A stretch of 32,000 nucleotides of DNA. Origin: Candidatus Heimdallarchaeota archaeon B3_Heim. Lineage in GTDB: Archaea; Asgardarchaeota; Heimdallarchaeia; Hodarchaeales; Hodarchaeaceae. The notes below the pieces were generated by a model that saw only the letters and a list, made by a program, of their open reading frames with translations, was not told the origin of the DNA and did not search any database. A program made the position numbers and the translations under genes. The DNA lies in contig NJBF01000006.1 in the NCBI GenBank assembly GCA_003144275.1, positions 30,001 through 62,000 on the forward strand, written 5' to 3'. Shown here one piece after another: positions 9,533 through 19,073 of this stretch (within the stretch, counting starts at the first letter, position 1; each line of letters begins with the position of its first letter).

Positions 9533-10019
9533 AATATAAAACCTCAAAGGAAAATTAAGTTTTCAACGAAAATCTTCATCTAATTCAGTAAACTTTTGAT
9601 AGATGGTTAAAGGAATGTTGGTTTTATAAGTTAAAAACAATATTTCAATCAAAATTTACCTAATCTGTTTTATAATGGATGAAACGGATCATAGAATTCC
9701 TCAAATCGGCGTTTTTTCATCGGGGTCATTCAACAAATGAATATCGGATTTTGATCTTATTCTTTTTCTATTAATTTGTCCTCAGATGGAAATAATCGAT
9801 AACCAAGAGTAGTAGTCAAGTTATTTCAAAACCTCCTTGTAAAATTCATATTATTTTAGGATTAATGTTTAAATTTCCCCCCCATATTATGTTTGAAGCA
9901 TTTATTATTTTGATGGCACATCCTATTACTTTTAAAGATCCTTATTCATTAATTTCATTGATTCTATTAGTGAAAGATCAGAAAAGCATATTAAAAATCG
10001 TCATCTGGTAATACAGGGG

Positions 10020-11720
10020 ATGGTGGAATCAGATTTGAAGTTGATTAATCGATTTAGTATAAAAAATTCAAAATCAACCATAGAGAAACTAAGGGAGAAA
10101 ATTCAACCTAGTCATTTAGGATTTATTGGATTAGATGATAGCTGGATTGCTGAAAGTGATTGGATAGGATATATCGAATTGAAAAAATTCATTTTATCTG
10201 TTTCACATCCAGTAAGAGCTTACAAGATATGGGCTGAACTATTTACAGGTCAACCGATTTACAGTTGGACGAATAAACCCATATGGTGGTCCATCAACGT
10301 AAAACCAACAGAAACTGTCCTAAACTTGATTCCAGAGTTGGTAGACCAAACAATATTACTAAAGAACAATAAATTATATTTTAAGAAAGATGGTTTCTCA
10401 GGGAACGATCATTTTGTGAATGGTGTTTTAGCAGAATTTCGAAAGAACTTTGTATACAAATTGGATATGAAATTTCTAGGATTACCTAAGAAGAAACGCT
10501 ATTCAGAACTTAGAAGAGATTTATTTCATCAGTTCTATGAAAACTATGACAGAACTCACTTCTACAAATTACTATATAGAAAACAAAGACCATCTCTCTT
10601 TATATTAAATTTACCAAAATTGAAATTCCATCTATCCTGGGTAAGATTATATAATGAAACTAAGCGTAATCATGCTTGGAGAGGGGATAAAGGGGCTCTA
10701 AAAGTTAGACAAATTTTCAATTCGTTCCCTTATAGAAAAATATTAGATTTTGAACCTATTTCATATGCTGTTTCAACAAGTAAAATCAGTTATAAGAAAA
10801 TTCTTGATGAATTTAATAGTAATAGAAATTTGACCATTGATAGCATATTAAACTTCATCCAATCGTCACGAGGATCTTCAAGGATTTTCTTTAATGAGCT
10901 TATAGGAACAGAGGATGTTAAACCTCCTTTAATTGTGGAAACAAATAACATAAAGAAATATAGGAAAGAAAACTTCCCGAGAGGACAAGTTACAGTTATA
11001 CAAGCTGTATTTCAAAAGAATAAGATCATGAAATTCTTAAACGTGCATCATAATATTCATCTTCCCTTGAATGGCGTATATAAATTTAAAGGACAATCCA
11101 GAGGTAAATCTTCAACAACTACAACGATTTTTGAAGATATTTCAGCAACTACTGATACACTTGGATATCCTTTGCTGGAAAATGTTAATATTCTAATCAA
11201 AAATTCGACAGAATTCGTAAAGCAGAGATTGATTGAGGATCGACTATTTAAGCTTCTATCTTTCCCACCAAAGGAAAAATCTATCAATATTGTTGTCGAT
11301 GTCACCCATCCAGACAATCTAGAGGATGGAATATTGCAAGAATCACAGATAAAAGCAATAGAAAACCATAATTCGCCTACTCCGTTTGGATGGATAGATA
11401 TTGGTATCCATCTCGGAACAGAAGCTGAAGAGAATTTGTCTTCAGTTTATGGTGCAATCAAGTATTCAAGAAGTAAGAATCAATCTAAAGATCATGTAGA
11501 TACTGCTGAAAGGATTTTATTAAGTCATCATCTTACTGGAATTTCCAGGGATCTTATTACTAGGATGGATCGACTATTTCAAAAATATGAGATCCAGAAT
11601 TTCACACCAAGAGATTTAAACAAAAGAGAGTTTTTAGCTTTCACAATAGACTTTATAGATAATTTTCTGTCTTCTAATTCCCAAGCCGTCCCTCCTACTC
11701 CCGAATTTTCTGAATCCTAG
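10020..11720 (+). CDS. Hypothetical protein (566 aa, no family recognised)
   Basis: Long uninterrupted ORF in AT-rich DNA. Soluble, basic and aromatic-rich; no motif identified. Confidence 0.8.
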   Translation: MVESDLKLINRFSIKNSKSTIEKLREKIQPSHLGFIGLDDSWIAESDWIGYIELKKFILSVSHPVRAYKIWAELFTGQPIYSWTNKPIWWSINVKPTETVLNLIPELVDQTILLKNNKLYFKKDGFSGNDHFVNGVLAEFRKNFVYKLDMKFLGLPKKKRYSELRRDLFHQFYENYDRTHFYKLLYRKQRPSLFILNLPKLKFHLSWVRLYNETKRNHAWRGDKGALKVRQIFNSFPYRKILDFEPISYAVSTSKISYKKILDEFNSNRNLTIDSILNFIQSSRGSSRIFFNELIGTEDVKPPLIVETNNIKKYRKENFPRGQVTVIQAVFQKNKIMKFLNVHHNIHLPLNGVYKFKGQSRGKSSTTTTIFEDISATTDTLGYPLLENVNILIKNSTEFVKQRLIEDRLFKLLSFPPKEKSINIVVDVTHPDNLEDGILQESQIKAIENHNSPTPFGWIDIGIHLGTEAEENLSSVYGAIKYSRSKNQSKDHVDTAERILLSHHLTGISRDLITRMDRLFQKYEIQNFTPRDLNKREFLAFTIDFIDNFLSSNSQAVPPTPEFSES

Positions 11721-11913
11721 GAGGCCTTTATTTGTATGCAATTCTCTTAGCAATCCCTTTCTAGGGTAATCTCTCCTCATGTAGATGAACTTCAAATTTG
11801 TTATTGACACTAGCGAGCATAACATTTATGGATCTAAATCCTCTTTCCTAACATATAAGAGCAATGATAAACGTCTAGAGGTCCCATTATCAAGTTAATA
11901 AACCAGTATACTC

Positions 11914-13041
11914 TTAGCGTTTCGAAACTGCCCAGAAATAATTACGTCCATCTTGGATTAATTCAGCTTTCTGAAAAGGAGTGGATTCTATAAATTGTCT
12001 AAAACTTTTCTCATCATAGAAATGGGATCCAATTCCCACTTCAAACCATTTATGCATAATTTCATAATATTTTGCTTGATTCGGGGCATATATGTCCGGA
12101 ATCATATGTTCCCCAACAATTAAAAGCCCGTCATCCTTCAATAACGTGTAGAGGTTCTGAAAAACCTTCTGCCTGTAATTTTCTTTGGTATCCGTCTCGT
12201 GAAGCACCTGATTTAATACAATCACATCAAATTCATCGGAATGAGTCGATGTATAATCACTGGTTTCAGTACAGAGAATTTCTATTCTAGGTTTCCAATT
12301 ATGTTTATCTATGATTGTATTCGCATTCTCCACTGCCTGAGAATCAATATCAATTCCCACCATCTTCGAATTTGGATATTTTTTCGCCCAATTTTCCAAG
12401 TTAAACCCAAACCCACATCCTACTTCCAATAGCAAACCCCCATTATCTAGCCTATCTTTATGATCTTCACAATTTTCAGAAAATACTCTTTCGATTACTA
12501 ATCCCAATCCTGCACTCATTCGTTGTGTAACTTCTTTAATCTCATCAGGTAGTTCAAATGGGTTAAAATTTTCTCCAGTTTTGAAATTGGCTACAAAACG
12601 ATCTTGGAACACTGCCATATAATAGAACCCATGAAGAATATTTCCTATATAGAACAAATTCTCTTTGTCAACAAGTAAATAATAGATAAACGGAGCTGTC
12701 TTTATGCATTTCTTACAAGAATCGTCAATCTCAAACATCCCAAACTCTATTGCCATGTGAAGCCACCCATCTAAATAAATGGGGTCTAATCCTAATTCCA
12801 GAGCTAATTCATCAGGTGTAAAGTTGATCGATGAAAGTTCATTTCCCTCTGAAGAAATTGTTACTTTATTTTGTAAATATTCAAAAATCCCCAACCGTTG
12901 CCCTATCCCAAAAAGCAATATTGTTTGAAAACCTAACAAACCTTTGACAGCGAACTTCTTCAGTTGATCCCTGAGTGAAATTTCATCCTCATCGTTATTG
13001 GGATTCATTTTCTTACACATCTTAGCAACGATTGATTCCAA
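11914..13041 (-). CDS. Class I SAM-dependent methyltransferase with N-terminal winged-helix/dimerisation domain
   Basis: Motif I LLEVGCGFG, acidic GIDID, FDVIVLNQVLHE, LKDDGLLIVGE. N-terminal TPDELALELGLDPIYLDGWL helix-turn-helix. Start uncertain (TTG 13041 or a downstream ATG). Confidence 0.9.
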   Translation of the reverse strand: MESIVAKMCKKMNPNNDEDEISLRDQLKKFAVKGLLGFQTILLFGIGQRLGIFEYLQNKVTISSEGNELSSINFTPDELALELGLDPIYLDGWLHMAIEFGMFEIDDSCKKCIKTAPFIYYLLVDKENLFYIGNILHGFYYMAVFQDRFVANFKTGENFNPFELPDEIKEVTQRMSAGLGLVIERVFSENCEDHKDRLDNGGLLLEVGCGFGFNLENWAKKYPNSKMVGIDIDSQAVENANTIIDKHNWKPRIEILCTETSDYTSTHSDEFDVIVLNQVLHETDTKENYRQKVFQNLYTLLKDDGLLIVGEHMIPDIYAPNQAKYYEIMHKWFEVGIGSHFYDEKSFRQFIESTPFQKAELIQDGRNYFWAVSKR

Positions 13042-13056
13042 TCAAATTATTAGTGA

Positions 13057-13932
13057 TTACGGTAAAAGTTTCGTCATATCTTCATAGGTTTCGGGCCTGC
13101 GATCACGAAAGAACTGCCAATCTGTTCTGACTTCACCGATAAAATCGAGATCAAAGTCACAAATAATCAGTTCATCTTTATCCTGACTCCCTTCAGCTAT
13201 TATTTTTCCTTTCGGATCAACAAAATAGCTATTACCATAGAATTGACCTAAATTCCAAGGTTTTTCTTCCCCAACCCTGTTTATACAACCCATGAAAATT
13301 CCGTTAGCAACGGCATGAGCAGGCTGTTCTAATTTCCATAAGTATTGGGATACGCCAGCTACTGTTGCTGATGGATTATAAACAATCTCTGCGCCATTAA
13401 GAGCCAATAATCGTGCTCCTTCGGGAAAATGTCGATCATAGCATGTATATACCCCTATACATGCATATCGAGTATTAAAAGTGGGATAACCTAAATTTCC
13501 AGGTTTGAAAAAGAATTTTTCCCAGAAACCTGCAACATGCGGGATATGGTTTTTGCGATATTTTCCTAAATATCTGCCATCAGCGTCAATAACAGCAGCA
13601 GTATTATAAAAGACACCTGTCATTACCTCTTCATAAATCGGGACGACAATGACCATCTCATACTTTTTTGCATATTCCATCAATTTCTGAGTAGTGGGGC
13701 CTTCAGGGATCCTTTCAGCCGTTTTATACCACTTAGTATCCTGAGAGGGACAAAAATAGGGCGTATTAAAGATTTCTTGGAGACAGAGTATTTGAACTCC
13801 TTTTTCACCCGCTTCATCAATAAATTGTATATGTTTATTAAACATAGCTTGCTTAATTTCCTCAACAGAACCCTCTCCCTCTTGCATTGGTAGCGAACAT
13901 TGAATTAATCCACTTTTAATCATACGTACCAC
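13057..13932 (-). CDS. Beta-ureidopropionase (N-carbamoyl-beta-alanine amidohydrolase), nitrilase superfamily
   Basis: Glu-Lys-Cys triad: CLQEIF, YRKNHIP, CYDRHFPE. FWEKFFFKPGN motif. GGTGA ribosome-binding site plus GTG. Pyrimidine-degradation context. Confidence 0.88.
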   Translation of the reverse strand: MVRMIKSGLIQCSLPMQEGEGSVEEIKQAMFNKHIQFIDEAGEKGVQILCLQEIFNTPYFCPSQDTKWYKTAERIPEGPTTQKLMEYAKKYEMVIVVPIYEEVMTGVFYNTAAVIDADGRYLGKYRKNHIPHVAGFWEKFFFKPGNLGYPTFNTRYACIGVYTCYDRHFPEGARLLALNGAEIVYNPSATVAGVSQYLWKLEQPAHAVANGIFMGCINRVGEEKPWNLGQFYGNSYFVDPKGKIIAEGSQDKDELIICDFDLDFIGEVRTDWQFFRDRRPETYEDMTKLLP

Positions 13933-14019
13933 TATAGTTCACCTTTAAATTTCGTTAAGATGCAATATTATTCTTTTTATGAATTCCTGAATTTAAACAA
14001 TACTAATACTTCTTGATAA

Positions 14020-15360
14020 TTACTCTAGGTAATATTTTTCTGCTTCACTTAAAGCTCTTTCAATGATGGTTATACCTTCTTGAATTTGTTCTTCTGTTAT
14101 AATCAATGGAGGTGCACAGAAGATCCAATTCCATCTAACAAAGGTGCTCAACCCGTTTTCCCGCAAGATCTTTGCAACTTTCTGCATAGGTTCCGTAAGT
14201 GGACTGTTGAAGGGACTTAAGGGTTGACGGGTACCCCGATTCTTAACTAATTCAATAACATAATGCAATCCGATACCACGAATCTCACCTACAACTTGAT
14301 ATTTCTCATGAAGCTTCATCAATTCTGTATAAAGATTTTTTCCCATTTCCTCTGATCGTTTTATCAGATTATCGTTTTGATAAACCTCAATATTGGCAAC
14401 AGCAGCCGCACATCCAAGGGTGTGAGAGCTATTAGTTAGACCACACCAGAGTACATTATCATCAAAATGGGAGGCGATCTCTCCTGAAACTACTGCTGCA
14501 CCAAGTGGTACATAAGCACTAGTAATACCCTTTGCAAGGCACATAATATCTGGTTTGACTTGTGGTTGATGGTTAATTCCAAACCATTTACCAGTCCTGC
14601 CAAAACCACTCATTACCTCATCAATAATCAACAAAATATTGTATTTGTTACAAATCTCCTGAATACGATCCCAAAAGACCTTTCCACCTTGCATAATACC
14701 GCTGGATCCACTATATCCCTCAAGTAATATTGCGGCAACATTTTGTGGACCTTCAAACAGGATTGTTTCTTCAATAAGGTCTGCGATGACAGAATCACCT
14801 TCTTCTACTGTTTTATTCCGATATATAGGATTTCGGTAAGCATATGGACCATGAACATAAACAATCCAAGGAAGTCCTGGCTCATTAGCCAAACGACGAG
14901 GATCTCCTCCTGCGGTCATTGCACCAAAGGTTCCTCCATGATAAGAACGGTAACGAGTAATAATTTTTTGACGACCCGTATACAAACGGGCGATTTTCAT
15001 AGCATTTTCAATAGCTTCAGCCCCTCCATTAGTGAAAAATGCTTTACAGTCCTTCATTGGAACGATTTCATTAAGCATTTCACCCAACCGAGCTCGCGCT
15101 TCAGTAGCTATACTTGGAGAGACATAGCAAAATTTGGCTAGCTGATCTTGGATTGCCTGATTTACATATTGATTCCCATGCCCAATGTTTACATTGATTA
15201 ATTGAGAAGACCAGTCTAGATGTTTTTTCCCCTCTGTATCCCAAAGATATACTCCTTTTGCTTTTTCTATGGCAATCGGATTCCAGCTTGATTGAGATTT
15301 CCAACTTGACAATGTATATTTCTTATTTTTTTCAACCATTTCATTTTGAGTCATACCCAT
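14020..15360 (-). CDS. Class III PLP aminotransferase, probable beta-alanine aminotransferase
   Basis: SYHGGT, LIIDEVMSGFGRTG, PLP lysine CLAKGITS. Lies between the ureidopropionase and malonate-semialdehyde dehydrogenase genes. Confidence 0.88.
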   Translation of the reverse strand: MGMTQNEMVEKNKKYTLSSWKSQSSWNPIAIEKAKGVYLWDTEGKKHLDWSSQLINVNIGHGNQYVNQAIQDQLAKFCYVSPSIATEARARLGEMLNEIVPMKDCKAFFTNGGAEAIENAMKIARLYTGRQKIITRYRSYHGGTFGAMTAGGDPRRLANEPGLPWIVYVHGPYAYRNPIYRNKTVEEGDSVIADLIEETILFEGPQNVAAILLEGYSGSSGIMQGGKVFWDRIQEICNKYNILLIIDEVMSGFGRTGKWFGINHQPQVKPDIMCLAKGITSAYVPLGAAVVSGEIASHFDDNVLWCGLTNSSHTLGCAAAVANIEVYQNDNLIKRSEEMGKNLYTELMKLHEKYQVVGEIRGIGLHYVIELVKNRGTRQPLSPFNSPLTEPMQKVAKILRENGLSTFVRWNWIFCAPPLIITEEQIQEGITIIERALSEAEKYYLE

Positions 15361-15387
15361 AATTCGTTCACCAGATTTTAATTTCCA

Positions 15388-15789
15388 CTACTTTTCTTCT
15401 GATAAATTTTTAAGGTTACTATGTTCTTTTTGACATCGCTTTAACACACGTCTAGTCTCTAAAACATTGATCTTAGGTGTAACATCGAAATAAAAGGTGA
15501 TTACCTGCTTTTCCAGGGTATCTATCTCTTGAGGGGATGTACCTGACAGATTCAACTGATACTTTTTTTCATCCAACCCTTCGATTGGTTCAAGGGTTAT
15601 CTCCGTTATGTTTTCTCTACGAGACCGTTCTAACCTTTGTTTACGTTTTACACATGCTTTTGCTCTTTTTGAAAACTCCTCAGAAAGGGCCCCATTCTCT
15701 TTGGAGGCTAATTCTTTGTATAATTCCTCCAATTTTTCTTCTAAAAGAATTGCAAAAGATAAAATTGATCCAAATTGTGTTAAAGACAC
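15388..15789 (-). CDS. Ferritin/rubrerythrin-like four-helix protein with degenerate metal site
   Basis: FAILLEEKLEELYKELA resembles rubrerythrin helix 1 (E-x6-Y). C-terminal CQKEH. Predominantly helical; GTG start with an upstream GAGTGG site. Confidence 0.6.
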   Translation of the reverse strand: MSLTQFGSILSFAILLEEKLEELYKELASKENGALSEEFSKRAKACVKRKQRLERSRRENITEITLEPIEGLDEKKYQLNLSGTSPQEIDTLEKQVITFYFDVTPKINVLETRRVLKRCQKEHSNLKNLSEEK

Positions 15790-15847
15790 CTATTCCACTC
15801 AGTTCCTTAGTATAAGCCAATCTTTAAAGATAAATTCGATGATAAAT

Positions 15848-17299
15848 TTATACCCACCGCTCTATTACTACTTTGTAATCTGTATAAAAGCGAACAGAAT
15901 CTGGGCCTTGTCCATGTAAATCTCCGAAGAATGAATCATTTTTACCACCAAAAGGAAAAGAAGCAGTTGCTGCGGCTACGCCAACATTGACACCAATATT
16001 CCCTGCATTTACCCGATATTTGAATTCTCGAGCATAACCACCTTTTTGGGTAAAAATGCTGGCAGCATTTCCATAATTAGAAGCATTAATAGTTGTTACC
16101 GCTGTTTCAAAATCAGGAACATGAATTATACTCATAACTGGTCCAAAAATTTCTTCTTGTGCTAGTGTCATATCAGGAGTTACTTTATCAAAGATAGACG
16201 GGCCAATAAAATTTCCAGTTTCATATCCGTCAACCACTAGATTACGACCATCTAACAATAATTCCGCTCCTTCATCTATACCTTTTTTAATCATCCCAAG
16301 AATGCGTTCTTTTGATTTTTGGGTTGCTATAGCTCCCATTTGGCTTGCATCATCGAGCCCATAACCCACCTTGAGTTTTCTGGCTGCAGTTAACAATTCT
16401 TTTTTCAAAGATTCATAAATATCTCCTACAGCAAGTACAACTGAACCCGCCAGACAACGTTGTCCCGCGCAGCCATAAAATGAACCCATTATATTCGGGA
16501 CGGCAGTAGCCAAATTAGCATCAGACATCACGGCAAGGTAATTCTTGGCACCACCTTGAATTTGGACTCTCTTCCCATGCTTAGTAGATTTCTCATAGAT
16601 GATTTTTCCTACAGTCGAGGAACCCACAAAAGAAACTCCCTTCACATCAGGATGTTCCATTAAGGCATTAGCTGCATCCACACCTCCGTGGACTAGGTTT
16701 ACAACTCCTTCAGGTAATTCCACTTCTTCCCAAAGTTTAAAAACATAATCCATCGTTAGAGGAGTAGTAGGCGATGGTTTCACAACCATAGTGTTACCAC
16801 ATGCAATTGCAACTGGTAAAAACCACATAGGAACTAAAAATGGGAAATTAAACGGAGCTAACATTGCAAAAACTCCGAGAGGTTGGCATTCTGCTGTTTC
16901 ATCTATACCTGATGAAATATCTTCAACTTTAAATCCTGTCATTAACGAGGGGACACTAAAGGCAAACTCAACGCTCTCAATTCCTCTCCTAACTTCACCC
17001 CTTGCCTCATCTATTGTTTTACCAGCCTCCTTAACAACAAGTTTTGATATCTTTTCAAAATGTTCTTCTAATAAATTTTTAAACGTCATCAGGTATCGAG
17101 TACGACTAAGGACAGGTGTTTGTCTCCATTCCACATAAGCTGTGGATGCTGCATTGACTGCACGCTTAACATCATCAGGTGTTGAATCAGGACATTCCGC
17201 GAGAACTTCTTGAGTTCCAGGATTTATCACTGGGGTGAATTTCTCAGTTGTAGCTTCGACCCATTCTCCATTAATCAGATTTCTCAGTTGGGTGGTCAT
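15848..17299 (-). CDS. mmsA: CoA-acylating (methyl)malonate-semialdehyde dehydrogenase
   Basis: APFNFP, VKPS, SFVGSS, RVQIQGGAKNY, catalytic GCAGQRCLA, EEIFGPV, YGNAASIFT, SFFGDLH. Confidence 0.93.
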   Translation of the reverse strand: MTTQLRNLINGEWVEATTEKFTPVINPGTQEVLAECPDSTPDDVKRAVNAASTAYVEWRQTPVLSRTRYLMTFKNLLEEHFEKISKLVVKEAGKTIDEARGEVRRGIESVEFAFSVPSLMTGFKVEDISSGIDETAECQPLGVFAMLAPFNFPFLVPMWFLPVAIACGNTMVVKPSPTTPLTMDYVFKLWEEVELPEGVVNLVHGGVDAANALMEHPDVKGVSFVGSSTVGKIIYEKSTKHGKRVQIQGGAKNYLAVMSDANLATAVPNIMGSFYGCAGQRCLAGSVVLAVGDIYESLKKELLTAARKLKVGYGLDDASQMGAIATQKSKERILGMIKKGIDEGAELLLDGRNLVVDGYETGNFIGPSIFDKVTPDMTLAQEEIFGPVMSIIHVPDFETAVTTINASNYGNAASIFTQKGGYAREFKYRVNAGNIGVNVGVAAATASFPFGGKNDSFFGDLHGQGPDSVRFYTDYKVVIERWV

Positions 17300-17399
17300 G
17301 GTCTTTCTATTCCTCTTTTTTCTAATAATTTCTTCTAAAGTTATTTCTCATTATTTACTGTAGGCTATTTGATACTTTTTGAATTGGATGAAAGTTACA

Positions 17400-18794
17400 T
17401 TATAAAAAGTTGCCTGAGAAACCTCTTTTCACAAATTTCCCATAACCTTTTTCTCCCACGCATTTTCCTTCCTTTCCGACGACTTTACCCCTTACAATGG
17501 TTAGATAAGGATAACCTTGTAGCTGTTTATCTTGAAAAGGACTCCAATCACAGTTAGTCTCCATTTTTCGATAATCCACAGTTAAATTAATCTCAGGATC
17601 AAAAACAACTAAATCTGCATCGGCTCCGATGTTAAGAGATCCTTTCTGTGGGTACATTCCAAATACTTTGGCTGGATTTGTACTTCCAAGCTCAACCATT
17701 TTATTGAGAGAAATTTTTCCAGTCCTAACCCCATCGTTATAAAGTAAGGGCATCATCAACTCAGTTCCAGGTAGTCCAAAAGGTATCTTAGTGAAATCAC
17801 CGTTCCACATGTTCTTTTGTTCAGTGTTGAATGTGCAGGTATCAGTTCCAATAGTTTGGACTGAACCATCTCGTAAGCCTGCCCATAATCGTTGTCCATC
17901 GGCTTCACTTTTTATCTGAGGACAAGTGGCAAAATAATGGCCGTTATCACCTTTAAAAACATCTTCATTTAATATCAAGTATTGGGGGCCTGTTTCTGCT
18001 ATAACATTCACCCCTCGTGCTCTTGCCGCTTTTACTAAATCAGCACCTTCACCTGTAGACATATGCACTATGAACAAGTGCCCTCCAGTATACTCAGCCC
18101 ATGTAATGGCTCTCTGAATAGCTTCAGCTTCAATAATGTTAGGTCGGGTGATAACATGGAGCCAAGCACCGTGTTTCTCCATTTCTTCTTGTGTATGATG
18201 TTTAGCAATTAATGAATCCAATAAATCTACTGATTCGGCATGAACTTGAATCATTCCCCCTAGTTTCTTTGTCACCTCCAGAGCGTCGATAAGGACTGGA
18301 TCTGTCGTAAGCCAGCCTTCACTCTTATAAATCATGAACATTTTGAATGAGCTAATTCCATCTTTAATTATCTCGGAAATTTCTTGTCTAGTACTTGCAT
18401 TCCAATCAGTGATACCTCCATGAAGCGAATAATCTACAAACACTTCCCCGTCAGCTTCAGCTTTCCTACTCTTAATGGCATCCTTGAGTGAACTTCCCTT
18501 GGCTTGAATAGCAAAGTCAACGACCGTTGTTACTCCACCAGCTGCTGCAGCTCTTGTACCTGTTTCAAAAGAATCTGCTGAAATTGTACCACTAAAGGGT
18601 AGAGAAAGATGTACATGTGCATCTATGAAACCAGGCAAAACAAATTTCTCGGATGCATCTATAATTCTACTTCCATTATCAGGTGTCAAATTTCCTATAG
18701 TTTGTACTTTACTGTCTTTAATACCAATATCAGCGACATAAGAATCACTGGCTGTGACAATTGTTCCATTCTTTACAATTAAATCCATCTTCAT
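17400..18794 (-). CDS. hydA: Dihydropyrimidinase (D-hydantoinase)
   Basis: IDAHVHL, AAAGGVTT, SFKMFM (carbamylated Lys), VHAES, IVHMST, AETGPQYL, GTDTC, PFGLPG. Confidence 0.94.
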   Translation of the reverse strand: MKMDLIVKNGTIVTASDSYVADIGIKDSKVQTIGNLTPDNGSRIIDASEKFVLPGFIDAHVHLSLPFSGTISADSFETGTRAAAAGGVTTVVDFAIQAKGSSLKDAIKSRKAEADGEVFVDYSLHGGITDWNASTRQEISEIIKDGISSFKMFMIYKSEGWLTTDPVLIDALEVTKKLGGMIQVHAESVDLLDSLIAKHHTQEEMEKHGAWLHVITRPNIIEAEAIQRAITWAEYTGGHLFIVHMSTGEGADLVKAARARGVNVIAETGPQYLILNEDVFKGDNGHYFATCPQIKSEADGQRLWAGLRDGSVQTIGTDTCTFNTEQKNMWNGDFTKIPFGLPGTELMMPLLYNDGVRTGKISLNKMVELGSTNPAKVFGMYPQKGSLNIGADADLVVFDPEINLTVDYRKMETNCDWSPFQDKQLQGYPYLTIVRGKVVGKEGKCVGEKGYGKFVKRGFSGNFL

Positions 18795-19073
18795 AACTCC
18801 TTGTCTTATTATTCCAATGATTTTGATAATTGTTGAATTCTCATAATAATAAATAAAGAAAGTAATGATTTGTAGAGTTTATTCAACCAATCTATAAAAA
18901 GAACAGGAAAAATACATTGATTATATTTTTTTCTACCAGTTTTCATATCTGAATAACAATTCTTCTATAAGTAATGGTACAATTTCAGAGGAATTTTTAA
19001 TTGAAGAGAAATTTGTCTTGAAGTACTTTTCCTTGTATCTAGATGATACTTTAGGGCTATATTATAGAAGAGC

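Noticed and set aside
9660-9830. Short 20-codon ORFs and a GGAGG in the long intergenic region
   Set aside because: Too short, poor ribosome-binding-site spacing and no recognisable product.
10140-10220. Faint resemblance of SDWIGYIELKKFILSV to McrC-like N-termini
   Set aside because: No PD-(D/E)xK motif and no McrB partner gene visible.
18961-19071. 10-bp inverted repeat TCTTCTATAA...TTATAGAAGA in the hydA-preA intergenic region
   Set aside because: The arms are 91 nt apart, very AT-rich and do not extend; compatible with chance.
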